Assembly (NCBI GenBank): GCA_965204735.1
Contig: OZ242008.1
Location: 2,720,001-2,784,000 of the forward strand
Origin: Longimicrobiales bacterium
GTDB lineage: Bacteria; Gemmatimonadota; Gemmatimonadetes; Longimicrobiales; Gaopeijiaceae
Direction of reading: 5' to 3'
DNA length: 64,000 nucleotides
Under the pieces are notes generated by a model that saw nothing but the letters and a program-made list of their open reading frames with translations, ran no database searches and had not been told where the DNA came from. The translations under genes were made by a program, and so were the position numbers. This document shows positions 38,699 through 48,016 of the stretch, piece by piece. How positions within the stretch are numbered: position 1 is the first letter of the stretch; the number at the start of each line of letters is the position of its first letter.

Positions 38699-40156
38699 TC
38701 ACCCGTCTTCGACCGCTTGGGCGCGCCGCGCCAGCCAGCGGTTGGCGACCAGCAGCACGGCGATCACCACGGCGAACTGGATCGCCACCGTGCCCACGTT
38801 GTAGCGCGAGATCAGCGTCCACGTCTCGGCGAAGCCCTTGCCCCGGGACGCTTCCCACAGCCACCAGCCCAGCAGCACCACGGCCTCCACGACCACAAGG
38901 CGCATCGCCCACTCCCACAAGCGCCCCACCCGCACGTCCGAGTCCGGGGTGTCGACGAACGACCGGCGCCACTTGGTCACGCCGTACTTGAGCACCGCGA
39001 AGGCGAAGAAGAGCCCCGTCAGCATGAGGCCCACGCCCCATACCCAGTCCTGGTTCTGGAAGAAGCCGATCCGAAGCGCCGACGGTATGCCCAGCAGGAA
39101 GCCCGTCGTCCCGACCGCCGCGATGGCGCGCTTGCGGGCGAGCCCCAGGTCCATCAGCACGCGCACGGCCAGCTCGATCATCGCCACCAAGCTGGACCAC
39201 GCCGCGAAGACCAGCGCCAGGAAGAAGAGTCCCATGAAGAACTGGCCCCCCGGAATCTGCGCGAAGAGCTGGGGCGCCCAGATGAAGGTCAGCCCCTCGT
39301 TGCCCGCGCCCACGATCTCGTCCGCCGCTTCCGGCATGACCGAGAAGATCGTGCAGAGCACCATGATCCCCGCCAGAAGCGACATCGAGTTGTTCCCGAA
39401 GCCGATCACGAAGGCGTTGAGCGAGGTGTCCTCCCTGGAGCGCATGTAGACGGCGTAGGAGAGGACCAGGCCCCAGCCCGCGCCCGTGTCCCAGGCGTTC
39501 TGGGTCAGCGCCTCCACCCATATCTTGGCGTCGGCGAGGGCGGAGAAGTCGGGAGTGAAGAGGAACGCGAGGCCGGCGTCGGCGCCGGGCAGCGTCACGG
39601 CCTTGATCGCCAGCACGATCACGAGGACCACGAGCGACGGGATCAGGACCTTGGCCGCCTTCTCGATCCCCCGGACGCCCTTGGACACGACGAAGAGGCC
39701 CATGGCCATGGCCAGGCCGTGGAAGAACACTGCCTGCGGCGTCGAGTTGAAGGCGTCCCAGAACTGGGTGGGCGCTTCGGAGGGCGACGGGATCTCGCCC
39801 GCGACCGTGGCGATGAAGAAGCGGATCGTCCAGCCCATGACGACCGTGTAGTAGAACAGGATCGCGGTGGCCACCCACGCCACCCACGCGCCCATCCAGG
39901 CGAACTTGGGCCCGATCGTCTTGACGAACGACCCGATCGTGCCCCGCCGCGTCGCCTTCGCCATCCCGAACTCCAGGACGAGCAACGGGACTGACCACAG
40001 GAGCAGGAAGACGGCCCACGCGACCAGGAACTCGCCCCCGCCGTTGGACGCCGCGATCCTCGGGAACCGCCAGATGTTTCCGGTGCCGATCGCCATGCCC
40101 AGCATGGCCACCAGCATCCCCCAGCGGGAAGAGAAGACTTGGGATCGGGTGGACAC
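38699..40156 (-). CDS. Sodium-dependent transporter, NSS/SNF family
   Basis: GMAIGTGNIWRFP, NGGGEF, multiple TM helices, GNEGLTF. Confidence 0.95.
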   Translation of the reverse strand: MSTRSQVFSSRWGMLVAMLGMAIGTGNIWRFPRIAASNGGGEFLVAWAVFLLLWSVPLLVLEFGMAKATRRGTIGSFVKTIGPKFAWMGAWVAWVATAILFYYTVVMGWTIRFFIATVAGEIPSPSEAPTQFWDAFNSTPQAVFFHGLAMAMGLFVVSKGVRGIEKAAKVLIPSLVVLVIVLAIKAVTLPGADAGLAFLFTPDFSALADAKIWVEALTQNAWDTGAGWGLVLSYAVYMRSREDTSLNAFVIGFGNNSMSLLAGIMVLCTIFSVMPEAADEIVGAGNEGLTFIWAPQLFAQIPGGQFFMGLFFLALVFAAWSSLVAMIELAVRVLMDLGLARKRAIAAVGTTGFLLGIPSALRIGFFQNQDWVWGVGLMLTGLFFAFAVLKYGVTKWRRSFVDTPDSDVRVGRLWEWAMRLVVVEAVVLLGWWLWEASRGKGFAETWTLISRYNVGTVAIQFAVVIAVLLVANRWLARRAQAVEDG

Positions 40157-40181
40157 GGGGCGGAGCTCCTTGGAAGGGCGA

Positions 40182-40275
40182 GGGTGGGGTCCGGATGCGG
40201 ACGAGAGTCGGAATCCGGATGCGGACTGGGTGGGGTCCGGACGTGGGCAAGGATGGAATCTGGACGCGGACGAGG
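40182..40275. repeat. Degenerate ~23-bp tandem repeat (core TCCGGATGCGGAC), about 4 units
   Basis: Alternating GGGTGGGGTCCGGA and GGAATCYGGA units upstream of the NSS gene. Confidence 0.65.
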
Positions 40276-40393
40276 GCGCACGGGGAGGCGGGCGGAAGGC
40301 CGGAGTCGCGAGCCCGTGTCTGCGGAAGCCGGTCGACCGCCGGACAGCCTACTGCGGCCGGGCGATTTCCGCCAGTTCAGTCGCGGTGTGGTA

Positions 40394-40837
40394 TCATGGT
40401 ATCATCATGCGGTACGGTATCTTCGAGGGGGCGTCCTCGCACCGGGCGCCGGGAAAGTCGTTGATGTCTTGCGCCAGCTTCCGGTCCTTGGAGAGTGCGA
40501 GCTTGCGGTCGCTCAGCATGACGACCTTGATGAGGTCGTGATCGGCGCGGTTGGAACGCAGTTGTCGTCGGACATGCTCCCGCAACGGAAATGCTTGAAG
40601 CTCCTTCTTGGAGAACCGCCTGAGTCGGTCGTCCCGCTGCAGTCTGTTCACTATGGCGACAAGCGTTGTCGGCACCGACGATCCCCTGACCGCGTCGTGG
40701 TATTCCCGGATCAAAGACGGGCACACGACCAAGCATCCTTCGTCATGCAGCCATTCGATAAGCGTCTTGTAGTCCGTCCTTACTGGCTTTGCGAAATGAC
40801 CGCTCACGTTGGAGTCTACAAACAAGTCCGGCTTCAC
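40394..40837 (-). CDS. PIN-like domain protein (putative nuclease)
   Basis: N-terminal LFVDSN, LIREY, ADHDLI and ALSKDRKL match the usual order of PIN acidic residues. Confidence 0.6.
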   Translation of the reverse strand: MKPDLFVDSNVSGHFAKPVRTDYKTLIEWLHDEGCLVVCPSLIREYHDAVRGSSVPTTLVAIVNRLQRDDRLRRFSKKELQAFPLREHVRRQLRSNRADHDLIKVVMLSDRKLALSKDRKLAQDINDFPGARCEDAPSKIPYRMMIP

Positions 40838-40882
40838 TGTGCTGCTTCCGTTTGGGAGTTATTGGGAGCCCGTGATCGGGAG

Positions 40883-42280
40883 TCAGGACCCCATGGCGAG
40901 CTTCATCACGTCCATCATGTACGTCTCGAAGAAGTCCTCGGGCGCTCCGACGATCTGTCCGTCGGCCCGCAGTTCAACGGGGTGCATCTTGGCTTCCTTG
41001 CCCGAGTTGGCGACGTGTGCCACCGACACCTCTTCCTCGGCGATCTCTCCTTCAGCCACAAGCCGCCGCAACCGGTTGATCAAGTACTCGCTGTGCGTCT
41101 CGACGATGAAGGTTATGCTGCGCTCCTTGGCCAGCCGAACAAAGTAGCTTGCCAGCCGAGCCTGGGCCTCGGGATGGAGGTGAGTTTCCGGCTGGGCGAC
41201 GACGAAGACGCTCCCGGGGCTCAGTTGGTTGACGGCTACCAGCACCGGCAGCACCTGGCTCGTGCCGAATCCGAGATCGGTGAGGTTGGTCGGGGGAGAG
41301 ATCGGCTTGGGCTTGCCCTTCAGCTCCATGCGCCCGGCTCCTATTCGGCCAACCTCGAGGCTGGACAACACGCCTAGCTTGTCCAAGTCCCGACGCAGGC
41401 TGTCGATCTCCGGCGCCTTCGCAGATTCCCACTGGGCGATCTGTTCGACATAGTTCTCGCCGTGGCGCCCCACGGCAAGGTCGGCCTTGGCAACTTCGTA
41501 GTAGGTTCTTTGCGGGGCGAGCCGGAAGGAGCTGACGAAGGACAGGTTCGCCTGCAAGGCCCGGGCTAGAATGACAAGGCCAAGATACACATGGCTGCCG
41601 GCTACGTCGCCCAAGTGGTCAGCCGTGACTAGTTCGAGTGGCTCCGCCAAGTCAATTCTGCCTTCCAATGGATTGTTGTTGTCTGTGATCTTAGGTCGCG
41701 AGTCCAGACGGTCATCCGCCTGCGACGACTGCCGGCTATTACGAATGAATGCTTCCATAAGGCTTGCCACTAAACCGACGCGAGACAAGTCCGGCTTGTC
41801 GCTGCCCTTGCCGGATTTCCCAGGCTTGGCGAGCCTTGCAAGCATACTCGAGGCGGTCGGGTCGACTTCATACGTCATTTCGTACGCGTCTCCGGTTGAT
41901 GCCATGTGCATCTTGTAGTAGCTGCCGACAATCGTGATTTCGTGCAGTCGCAGGCCCGACGACGACGCTCCTTCGGCGAAGGTCGCATCAACAACGAATC
42001 CTAAATCGGCGTCCGCTCCCACTTCGATGTCGAATCCGACGCCAACTTCCCCGTCCTCCCCACCGTGCACAATCTCCCTGAAGCCGCCCATCTCCACGTA
42101 GCGGCCGTTCGGAGACAGCAGCGCGGGCATGCCGTCGGTCTGGGCCCAGGCCAGCAGCGGCGCCACCAGCGAGCTCTTGCCGGCGCTGTTGGCGCCCGTG
42201 ATCAAGGTGACGGGAGCGATTCGCAGCTTGGCTTCCCTGAAGCACCGGAAGTTGGCGATGCGGAGCTCGGTGATCTTCAT
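40883..42280 (-). CDS. ABC/AAA ATPase of AAA_15/AAA_21 type with DUF3696-like C-terminus
   Basis: MKITELRIANFRCF, Walker A GANSAGKSS, signature-like LGFGTSQVLPVL, QPETHLHP, VETHSEYLINRL, C-terminal PEDFFE. ATG overlaps the glyQS stop. Confidence 0.88.
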   Translation of the reverse strand: MKITELRIANFRCFREAKLRIAPVTLITGANSAGKSSLVAPLLAWAQTDGMPALLSPNGRYVEMGGFREIVHGGEDGEVGVGFDIEVGADADLGFVVDATFAEGASSSGLRLHEITIVGSYYKMHMASTGDAYEMTYEVDPTASSMLARLAKPGKSGKGSDKPDLSRVGLVASLMEAFIRNSRQSSQADDRLDSRPKITDNNNPLEGRIDLAEPLELVTADHLGDVAGSHVYLGLVILARALQANLSFVSSFRLAPQRTYYEVAKADLAVGRHGENYVEQIAQWESAKAPEIDSLRRDLDKLGVLSSLEVGRIGAGRMELKGKPKPISPPTNLTDLGFGTSQVLPVLVAVNQLSPGSVFVVAQPETHLHPEAQARLASYFVRLAKERSITFIVETHSEYLINRLRRLVAEGEIAEEEVSVAHVANSGKEAKMHPVELRADGQIVGAPEDFFETYMMDVMKLAMGS

Positions 42281-43626
42281 TTCGGGCCGTTCGCCTCCCC
42301 CTGCTCCAGGCGCTCGCGGATCCAGGCGGTCGCGTGGTCGAGGCCGACGCGCTCCTGGGCCAGCGTGTCCCGGTCGCGGACGGTGACGCAGCCGTCCTCG
42401 CTGGTCTCGCCGTCCACGGTGAGGCACCAGGGGGTGCCGGCTTCGTCCTGGCGGCGGTAGCGGCGTCCGATGGAGCCGGCGTGGTCGTAGAACGACGGAA
42501 TCCGGGCGCGACGCAGGGCTTGGTGCAGCTTGGCGGCGGTCTCGGGCATCCCGTCCTTCTTCACCAGAGGGAAGACGGCTGCCTTCACCGGGGCCAAGCG
42601 CGGATGGAGCCCCAGCACGACGCGCTGCTCGCCGGCCACCTCCTCTTCCCGGTAGGCGTCCACGAGAAGCACGAGCACGGCCCGGCCCACGCCCATGGCC
42701 GTCTCGACGACATAGGGCACGAAGCGCTTGCCCGAGCCCGGGTCGATGTACAGGAGGCGCTTGCCGGAAAACTCCTGGTGCCGGGACAAGTCGAAGTCCG
42801 TGCGGTTGTGCACGCCCTCCAGCTCCTGCCAGCCGAAGGGGAACTCGTACTCGATGTCGAGGGCGGCCTTGGCGTAGTGGGCCAGCTCGTCGGGACCGTG
42901 CTCGGCAAGGCGCAGCCTCTCGGGACGGACGCCGATCTCCTTGTGCCACTCGAGCCGCAGGTCGCGCCAGTACTCGAACCACTTCTCGTCGGAGCCCGGC
43001 TCCACGAAGTATTGCATCTCGGCCTGCTCGAACTCCCGCGTGCGGAAGATGAAGTTCCCCGGCGTGATCTCGTTGCGGAACGCCTTGCCCAGCTGGGCGA
43101 CGCCGAAGGGCACGCGCTGGCGCGAAGTCTGCTGCACGTTGAGGAAGTTCACGTAGCTGCCCTGGGCGGTCTCGGGCCGCAGGTAGACGACCGCCGCGTC
43201 TTCCTCGACCGGTCCCATGAAGGTCTTGAACATGAGGTTGAAGAGGCGCGGCTCGCCGATCTCGCAGTCCTTGTGCGCGCCGGGGGCGACCGACGGCTTG
43301 CGCGGACAGGCGCCTTCGTCCATGTGGTCCTCCCGCCAGCGCCGCTTGCACGTCTTGCACTCCACCAGCGGGTCGGCGAAGCCGCCCACGTGGCCCGACG
43401 CCTCCCAGACCCGGGGATGCATGAGGATGCCGGCGTCCAGTCCCTCCACGTCGTCGCGGGCGTGCACCATGGAGGACCACCACGCGTCGGCGACGTTGCG
43501 GCGGAGCTCGACGCCCAGCGGCCCGTAGTCCCACACCGAGGCTGCGCCGCCGTATATCTCGGAGGACTGGAAGACGAAGCCTTTGCGCTTGCACAGCGAG
43601 ACGATTCGGTCCATGCGGTCGGGCAC
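42277..43626 (-). CDS. glyQS: Glycine-tRNA ligase, homodimeric type
   Basis: FQSSEIYGG, DYGPLG, YLRPETAQG, FRNEITPGNFIFRTREFEQ, LAHY, GSIGRRYRRQDEAGTP. Confidence 0.97.
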   Translation of the reverse strand: MPDRMDRIVSLCKRKGFVFQSSEIYGGAASVWDYGPLGVELRRNVADAWWSSMVHARDDVEGLDAGILMHPRVWEASGHVGGFADPLVECKTCKRRWREDHMDEGACPRKPSVAPGAHKDCEIGEPRLFNLMFKTFMGPVEEDAAVVYLRPETAQGSYVNFLNVQQTSRQRVPFGVAQLGKAFRNEITPGNFIFRTREFEQAEMQYFVEPGSDEKWFEYWRDLRLEWHKEIGVRPERLRLAEHGPDELAHYAKAALDIEYEFPFGWQELEGVHNRTDFDLSRHQEFSGKRLLYIDPGSGKRFVPYVVETAMGVGRAVLVLLVDAYREEEVAGEQRVVLGLHPRLAPVKAAVFPLVKKDGMPETAAKLHQALRRARIPSFYDHAGSIGRRYRRQDEAGTPWCLTVDGETSEDGCVTVRDRDTLAQERVGLDHATAWIRERLEQGEANGPK

Positions 43627-43734
43627 GGCGTCGCTCCTTGGATTGGGGGTTGGCGGGCGGGTCGGGTTGGCGGGCGGGTCGGGTTGGCGAGTCGGGGTTG
43701 GCGAGTTGGTCGAGGGTGTCCGCGAGCCGAGCCT

Positions 43735-44736
43735 TCAGCGGCTTGCACGCACCTCCGGAGCCCTCGTGACGGACGCGCTCCAGCTCCAGAGGCGTTCCTG
43801 GTCGCGCTCGTTCAGGGCGGCGGGCGACGGGGCGGCGGGAGCGCCTCGGTCGAAGTAGCCGCCGTTGAGGTCCTCGTCCGGCCTGCCAATGGCGAGATCG
43901 GCCACGATGGGGCCGGCGACGGCCGGATCGGAAACGGGGAACGGAGCGCCGGCCGTCGATCCCCCGCCCAAGTAGTCCTTGAGAAGCTCCGTGTGGTAGA
44001 CGCCGGGGCCCAGTGCCAGGGAGTGGACGCCGGGAAGGGAAGCCGGGCGGGAAGCCGAGGTCGGGCGGGACGCCGCTCCCGGGCGGGACGCCCCTCCCGA
44101 GGGCTGGACGCTGGACCGCGACGCCAGAGCCTTGGCGAAGAGGACGTTCGCCAGCTTGCTCTGCTGGTACGCCTCCCGCGGGCCGTAGGGCTTCCGCCGG
44201 AAGTTGGGGTCGTCGAAGTCGAATGAAGGGCCATGGTGGGCGCCCGACGAGACGGAGATCACGCGGGCGATGCCGGGGCTCCGGTCGAGCAGCGGGAAGA
44301 GCAGGCACGAAAGCAGGAAGTGGGCCAAGTGGTTGACGGCCAGCTGAAGCTCGAACCCGTCGCGGCTCTCGGTCCGCGCGCCGGGCAGGACGGCGGCGTT
44401 GTTGACCAGCCCCGCCAGCGGCTGCCCCAAGTCGGAGACGGCTTGAGCGGCGCGGCGCACCGAATCCAGCGACGCCAGGTCGATGGGGACGACGTGATGC
44501 GAGACCGGCCCGGCGGGGGGCGCCAGCGTGTGGGCGGCCTCCCGGCCCCGACGCTCGCTCCGGCAGAGCAGGACGACGGGATGCCCGGCGCGCGCGACTT
44601 CCTGCGCCGCGGCCAAGCCGACGCCCCGGTTGGCGCCCGTGATGGCGACGGCGGGGGGAGCGGCGGCGGCGGGGACGGCGCCGCTGGGGGCGTCGGCCGT
44701 GTCCTGCGCGAGTTCGGCGGCGGATTGGTCGGTCAT
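43735..44736 (-). CDS. Short-chain dehydrogenase/reductase (retinol dehydrogenase-like)
   Basis: ITGANRGVG, LVNNAA, VNHLAHF, VSSGAH, YQQSK; short ASRP repeat insertion. Confidence 0.92.
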   Translation of the reverse strand: MTDQSAAELAQDTADAPSGAVPAAAAPPAVAITGANRGVGLAAAQEVARAGHPVVLLCRSERRGREAAHTLAPPAGPVSHHVVPIDLASLDSVRRAAQAVSDLGQPLAGLVNNAAVLPGARTESRDGFELQLAVNHLAHFLLSCLLFPLLDRSPGIARVISVSSGAHHGPSFDFDDPNFRRKPYGPREAYQQSKLANVLFAKALASRSSVQPSGGASRPGAASRPTSASRPASLPGVHSLALGPGVYHTELLKDYLGGGSTAGAPFPVSDPAVAGPIVADLAIGRPDEDLNGGYFDRGAPAAPSPAALNERDQERLWSWSASVTRAPEVRASR

Positions 44737-45065
44737 GGCTTGGGTTCCGGCCGGGGAGCGACGGCGGGCGGGTTGCTGGCGCGCAACTGTCCCATCCTTC
44801 TATAAGGTTAACGTCTTCCGGCATCGGTCCGGGTCCCGGTCCCGCAATCCGGGTTTCCAGCCTGCATCTGTCTCGTCCGCCGTCCGGGGGCGTCGCCCCA
44901 TCGTTCGAGGGAACCCGGTCCACCGATCAGACTTGACCGGCGGCTCCGGGTCCCTCGCCACTCCGTTCCCGCTGCTCCAGGGGTCGCCCCATTCCTCTTC
45001 CCGCCGCCTCCGCCTCCAGCCGCTCCATCGATCCCTCTTCGCCGGCCACAATCCCCTCCATCGGC

Positions 45066-46061
45066 GTGGAGCCCTTCGAGATCAGCCACGGCGCAGGGTT
45101 CGAGGCCCAGGAGGACACGCCCGAGGCGCTGGAGTGCGAGGTGGTGGAGGATGGGGGCGACTTTCGGGCGCACAGGCCGCCGCCCGCCCAGCGGCCCCGA
45201 CGGCTGTGCTTCGTGGACGGCGTCATGCGGATCGAGGCGCGGCTGACCCGGACGGGCGCGGACGGCGAGACGCGCATGGGACTGGCGGGAAGCTGGGGCG
45301 CGGGCGCCGCGCTGGCGGAGCAGGGCCGGCCCATGGAGATCGCGCATGCGACCACCGGCCGCGCCGTCGTGTTCGCCGGGGGAGAACCGGTCGCGCTTCC
45401 GCCTCACGAAGCCGGCTGGTCCTGGGCGCCGTTCGCCGTCGAGGGGGAGGAGCTGGACGCGGCCCGCCACCACCTTCGCGACACGATGCGGGCGCAGGAG
45501 GCGAAGATCGCCGAGCGGCTCGCGGACGAGGGCCGGATCACGGTCTTCGACGGCCCCCTCCACCCCGTCCGGCGCGGCTTGGCCTCGGGGCGCGGCGGCA
45601 GCGGGCGCGACGCCGACGCCCGCCCCGGCTTGGTCGGCTACGTCAAGACGCATCACCGCCGGATGCTCGCCCGGGAGCAGTGGCGGAGGGTGCCCGGGCT
45701 GGCCCCCGGCGAGCGCTCCAGCCTCTTCCGGACGAAGGTGGGGCTGTACGCCTGCTACCTGCGGGTCGGCACGGCCGGGCCGTGGGCGGGCGCGTGGGCC
45801 GGGATCGCTCGGCTGGAGGTCCCAGCCGAGGCCGGACGCGAGGCCGCAATCGCCGTGGTGGACGAAGCGGCCGGCTGGCTTCCCCACTTCGTCCCCGCCC
45901 TCCACCGAGACGCCCGCGCCCCCGTCAACCTGACGCCCGTCGCCGGGCTGGAACGCCGCCTTCGCCGCCTGCTGGGCAGCGCCCGCATGGCCCAACGCGC
46001 CGTCCGCGAAGTCGTCCGCCGCCTCAACCTACCCCACCCCGAGCCCGCACCACGCCCATGA
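45066..46061 (+). CDS. nurA: NurA-family nuclease (Thermus/Deinococcus type)
   Basis: LCFVDGVMRIEA, VFDGPL, GYVKTH, LAPGERS, DARAPVNLTPVAGLERRLRRLLG; stop overlaps the HerA ATG. Start uncertain. Confidence 0.8.
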   Translation: MEPFEISHGAGFEAQEDTPEALECEVVEDGGDFRAHRPPPAQRPRRLCFVDGVMRIEARLTRTGADGETRMGLAGSWGAGAALAEQGRPMEIAHATTGRAVVFAGGEPVALPPHEAGWSWAPFAVEGEELDAARHHLRDTMRAQEAKIAERLADEGRITVFDGPLHPVRRGLASGRGGSGRDADARPGLVGYVKTHHRRMLAREQWRRVPGLAPGERSSLFRTKVGLYACYLRVGTAGPWAGAWAGIARLEVPAEAGREAAIAVVDEAAGWLPHFVPALHRDARAPVNLTPVAGLERRLRRLLGSARMAQRAVREVVRRLNLPHPEPAPRP

Positions 46062-47911
46062 CCCAGTCCCCAACCGACGACCCCCGGCAACGGATCGGCC
46101 TCGTCGACGGCTCCACCGACAGCGACTCGCGCACCTTCCACGTCGTCCTCGATCCCGACAAGGTGGTGCAGCTGGACGACCTGGTGCTGGTCGACACCGA
46201 GCTTCCGGACGGAGACCAAGTCGCCCACTACGGGATCGTCACCGAGCTGTTCTCGCGGCTGGAGGGCGCCGAGTTCCCCTCGGACACCGGGCGCTTCGCC
46301 GACAACACGCTCCCGGCCGAGCACGTGCGCCGCGCAGAGGTGCGCGTCCTGCGGGTGGTCCCCGAGCGCTTCGTCTCGCCCCACGCGGGCTCGCGCGTCG
46401 TCAAGGCGGCCGGCGAGCACCGAGCGCGGGCCCTCTTCGAGGACGAGATGAAGCGCGGCAAGCTCCCCCTGGGACTCGACGCCGGCGGCAGTCCCGTCCA
46501 CGCCGACATGCGCTTCGTGGACGGGCGCTCCGGCGGCCACGTCTCGATCTCGGGGATCTCCGGCGTCGCGACCAAGACGTCCTACGCGCTCTTTTTGCTC
46601 TACCAGCTGCTGGAGACGCCGGCCGGCACGGAGCTGCTGGGCGGCCGGTCCAAGCGCGAGAACGTGCGCGCGTTGGTGTTCAACACCAAGGGCGAGGACC
46701 TGCTGCACATCGACCGGGCCAACTCCGAGTTCGCCGCCAGGTCGGACGCCGACGGGGAACGGGCGCCGCGCAAGGAGTGGGAGGCGCTGGGCGTGCCCGA
46801 GCCCGGACCGTTCAAGTCGGTGCGCCTCTACGCGCCGCGCGCGTCCGACTCGAGCGGGAGCGCCGTGCCCGCCGTCCGAAGCCGCAACACCGCCGACGTG
46901 GAAGCCTACGGCTGGACGCCCGAGCAGTTCGTCCGCCGGCAGCTCCTTCAGTTCTGCTTCACGTCGGAGGACGAGCGCTCCACCCAGGTCGGCTTCGTCG
47001 AGCAGCAGTTTCGGATCGAGCTGCTGCGCAGGCTCCGGCGGCTGGCCGGCGACGAGAGCGGCGCCGTGGTGATCGTCGATCAAGTGCCGCGCGACACCGG
47101 CTACAACCCGGATCGGCTGGCCGATCGCGAACCCCAGGAAGCGCTGGCGGGCGCGGGCCAGCTGATCCGCAACTTCGGCGACTTCGTGGAGCTCGTGGAG
47201 CGGATCGCGTCGGAAGAGGACGACGTGACGCGGCAGTGGTTCGGCCACACCCAGCGCGGCACGCAGCAGGCGTTCTTCCGACGGATTCTGCGGCTCCGAA
47301 AGCACGTCGGCCCCTTGATCGGCTGCGGCTTGACCCCCGTCTCCCGCGAGAACGCCAGGATGCACGTGGTGGACATCTCCACCCTGCACAACGACGCCCA
47401 GCGCTTCGTCGTCGGCGCGCTCCTCAACGAGGTGTGGGACGAGAAGCAGGGCTCGGGCCGAGAGCCGCTCCGCTTCGTGGTTCTCGACGAGCTCAACAAG
47501 TACGCCCCCGCGCAGGGGTACTCGCCTCTCAAGGAGCTGCTGGTGGACATCGCCGAGCGGGGTCGTTCGCTGGGCGTGCTGCTGGTGGGCGCCCAGCAGG
47601 CGGCGTCGGCGGTGGCGCCCGCCTTGCCGCGCAACGCCTCGATCAAGGTGGCCGGCCGCCTGGACGCCGGCGAGTCCGACGCCTACCGCTTCCTGACGGC
47701 GTCGCTGCGGGACCGCGCCTCCCGCTTCATGCCGGGCACGATGGTGGTCTCCCAGCCCGTGGTCCCCGAGCCGATCCCGGTGCACTTCCCCTTCCCGCCG
47801 TTCGCCACCAACTCCGACGAGGCCGCTGCCGACCAGGAGGACGAAGAGCGCCGCGCCGACGAGATCGCTGCCAACCTGAAGGCGTACGGGGGGCGGGGGC
47901 TGGGGTTGTGA
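46058..47911 (+). CDS. herA: HerA-family ATPase/helicase
   Basis: HAS-barrel-like N-terminus, variant Walker A HVSISGISGVATKTSY, FNTKGEDL, Walker B VVLDELNKYAP, IAERGRSLG..L.GAQQ. Confidence 0.88.
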   Translation: MTQSPTDDPRQRIGLVDGSTDSDSRTFHVVLDPDKVVQLDDLVLVDTELPDGDQVAHYGIVTELFSRLEGAEFPSDTGRFADNTLPAEHVRRAEVRVLRVVPERFVSPHAGSRVVKAAGEHRARALFEDEMKRGKLPLGLDAGGSPVHADMRFVDGRSGGHVSISGISGVATKTSYALFLLYQLLETPAGTELLGGRSKRENVRALVFNTKGEDLLHIDRANSEFAARSDADGERAPRKEWEALGVPEPGPFKSVRLYAPRASDSSGSAVPAVRSRNTADVEAYGWTPEQFVRRQLLQFCFTSEDERSTQVGFVEQQFRIELLRRLRRLAGDESGAVVIVDQVPRDTGYNPDRLADREPQEALAGAGQLIRNFGDFVELVERIASEEDDVTRQWFGHTQRGTQQAFFRRILRLRKHVGPLIGCGLTPVSRENARMHVVDISTLHNDAQRFVVGALLNEVWDEKQGSGREPLRFVVLDELNKYAPAQGYSPLKELLVDIAERGRSLGVLLVGAQQAASAVAPALPRNASIKVAGRLDAGESDAYRFLTASLRDRASRFMPGTMVVSQPVVPEPIPVHFPFPPFATNSDEAAADQEDEERRADEIAANLKAYGGRGLGL

Positions 47912-48016
47912 GGGATGCGCGGGCCAGCCCTAGCCCGCTTGACCTGGTCGATCCGGACAAGGGGAGGCTGCCGTCAAGTTGTGAGGGTTGGCAGGCCAGC
48001 CCTTATCCCGCTTGAC
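47905..48016. repeat. Imperfect 39-bp direct repeat (47905-47943 and 47978-48016) at the herA / low-GC island junction
   Basis: GTTGTGAGGGATGCGCGGGCCAGCCCTAGCCCGCTTGAC versus GTTGTGAGGGTTGGCAGGCCAGCCCTTATCCCGCTTGAC. Confidence 0.8.

Noticed and set aside
40883..44923. 1346-aa ORF as one giant ATPase
   Set aside because: The upstream ~880 aa are an alternative frame over glyQS and the SDR gene; the real ATPase starts at ATG 42280.
44528..46057. N-terminal extension of HerA
   Set aside because: Alternative frame over nurA; HerA starts at ATG 46058.
46058..47911. Sir2-HerA or similar named HerA defence system
   Set aside because: The partner is NurA-like; no Sir2 or other known effector is adjacent.
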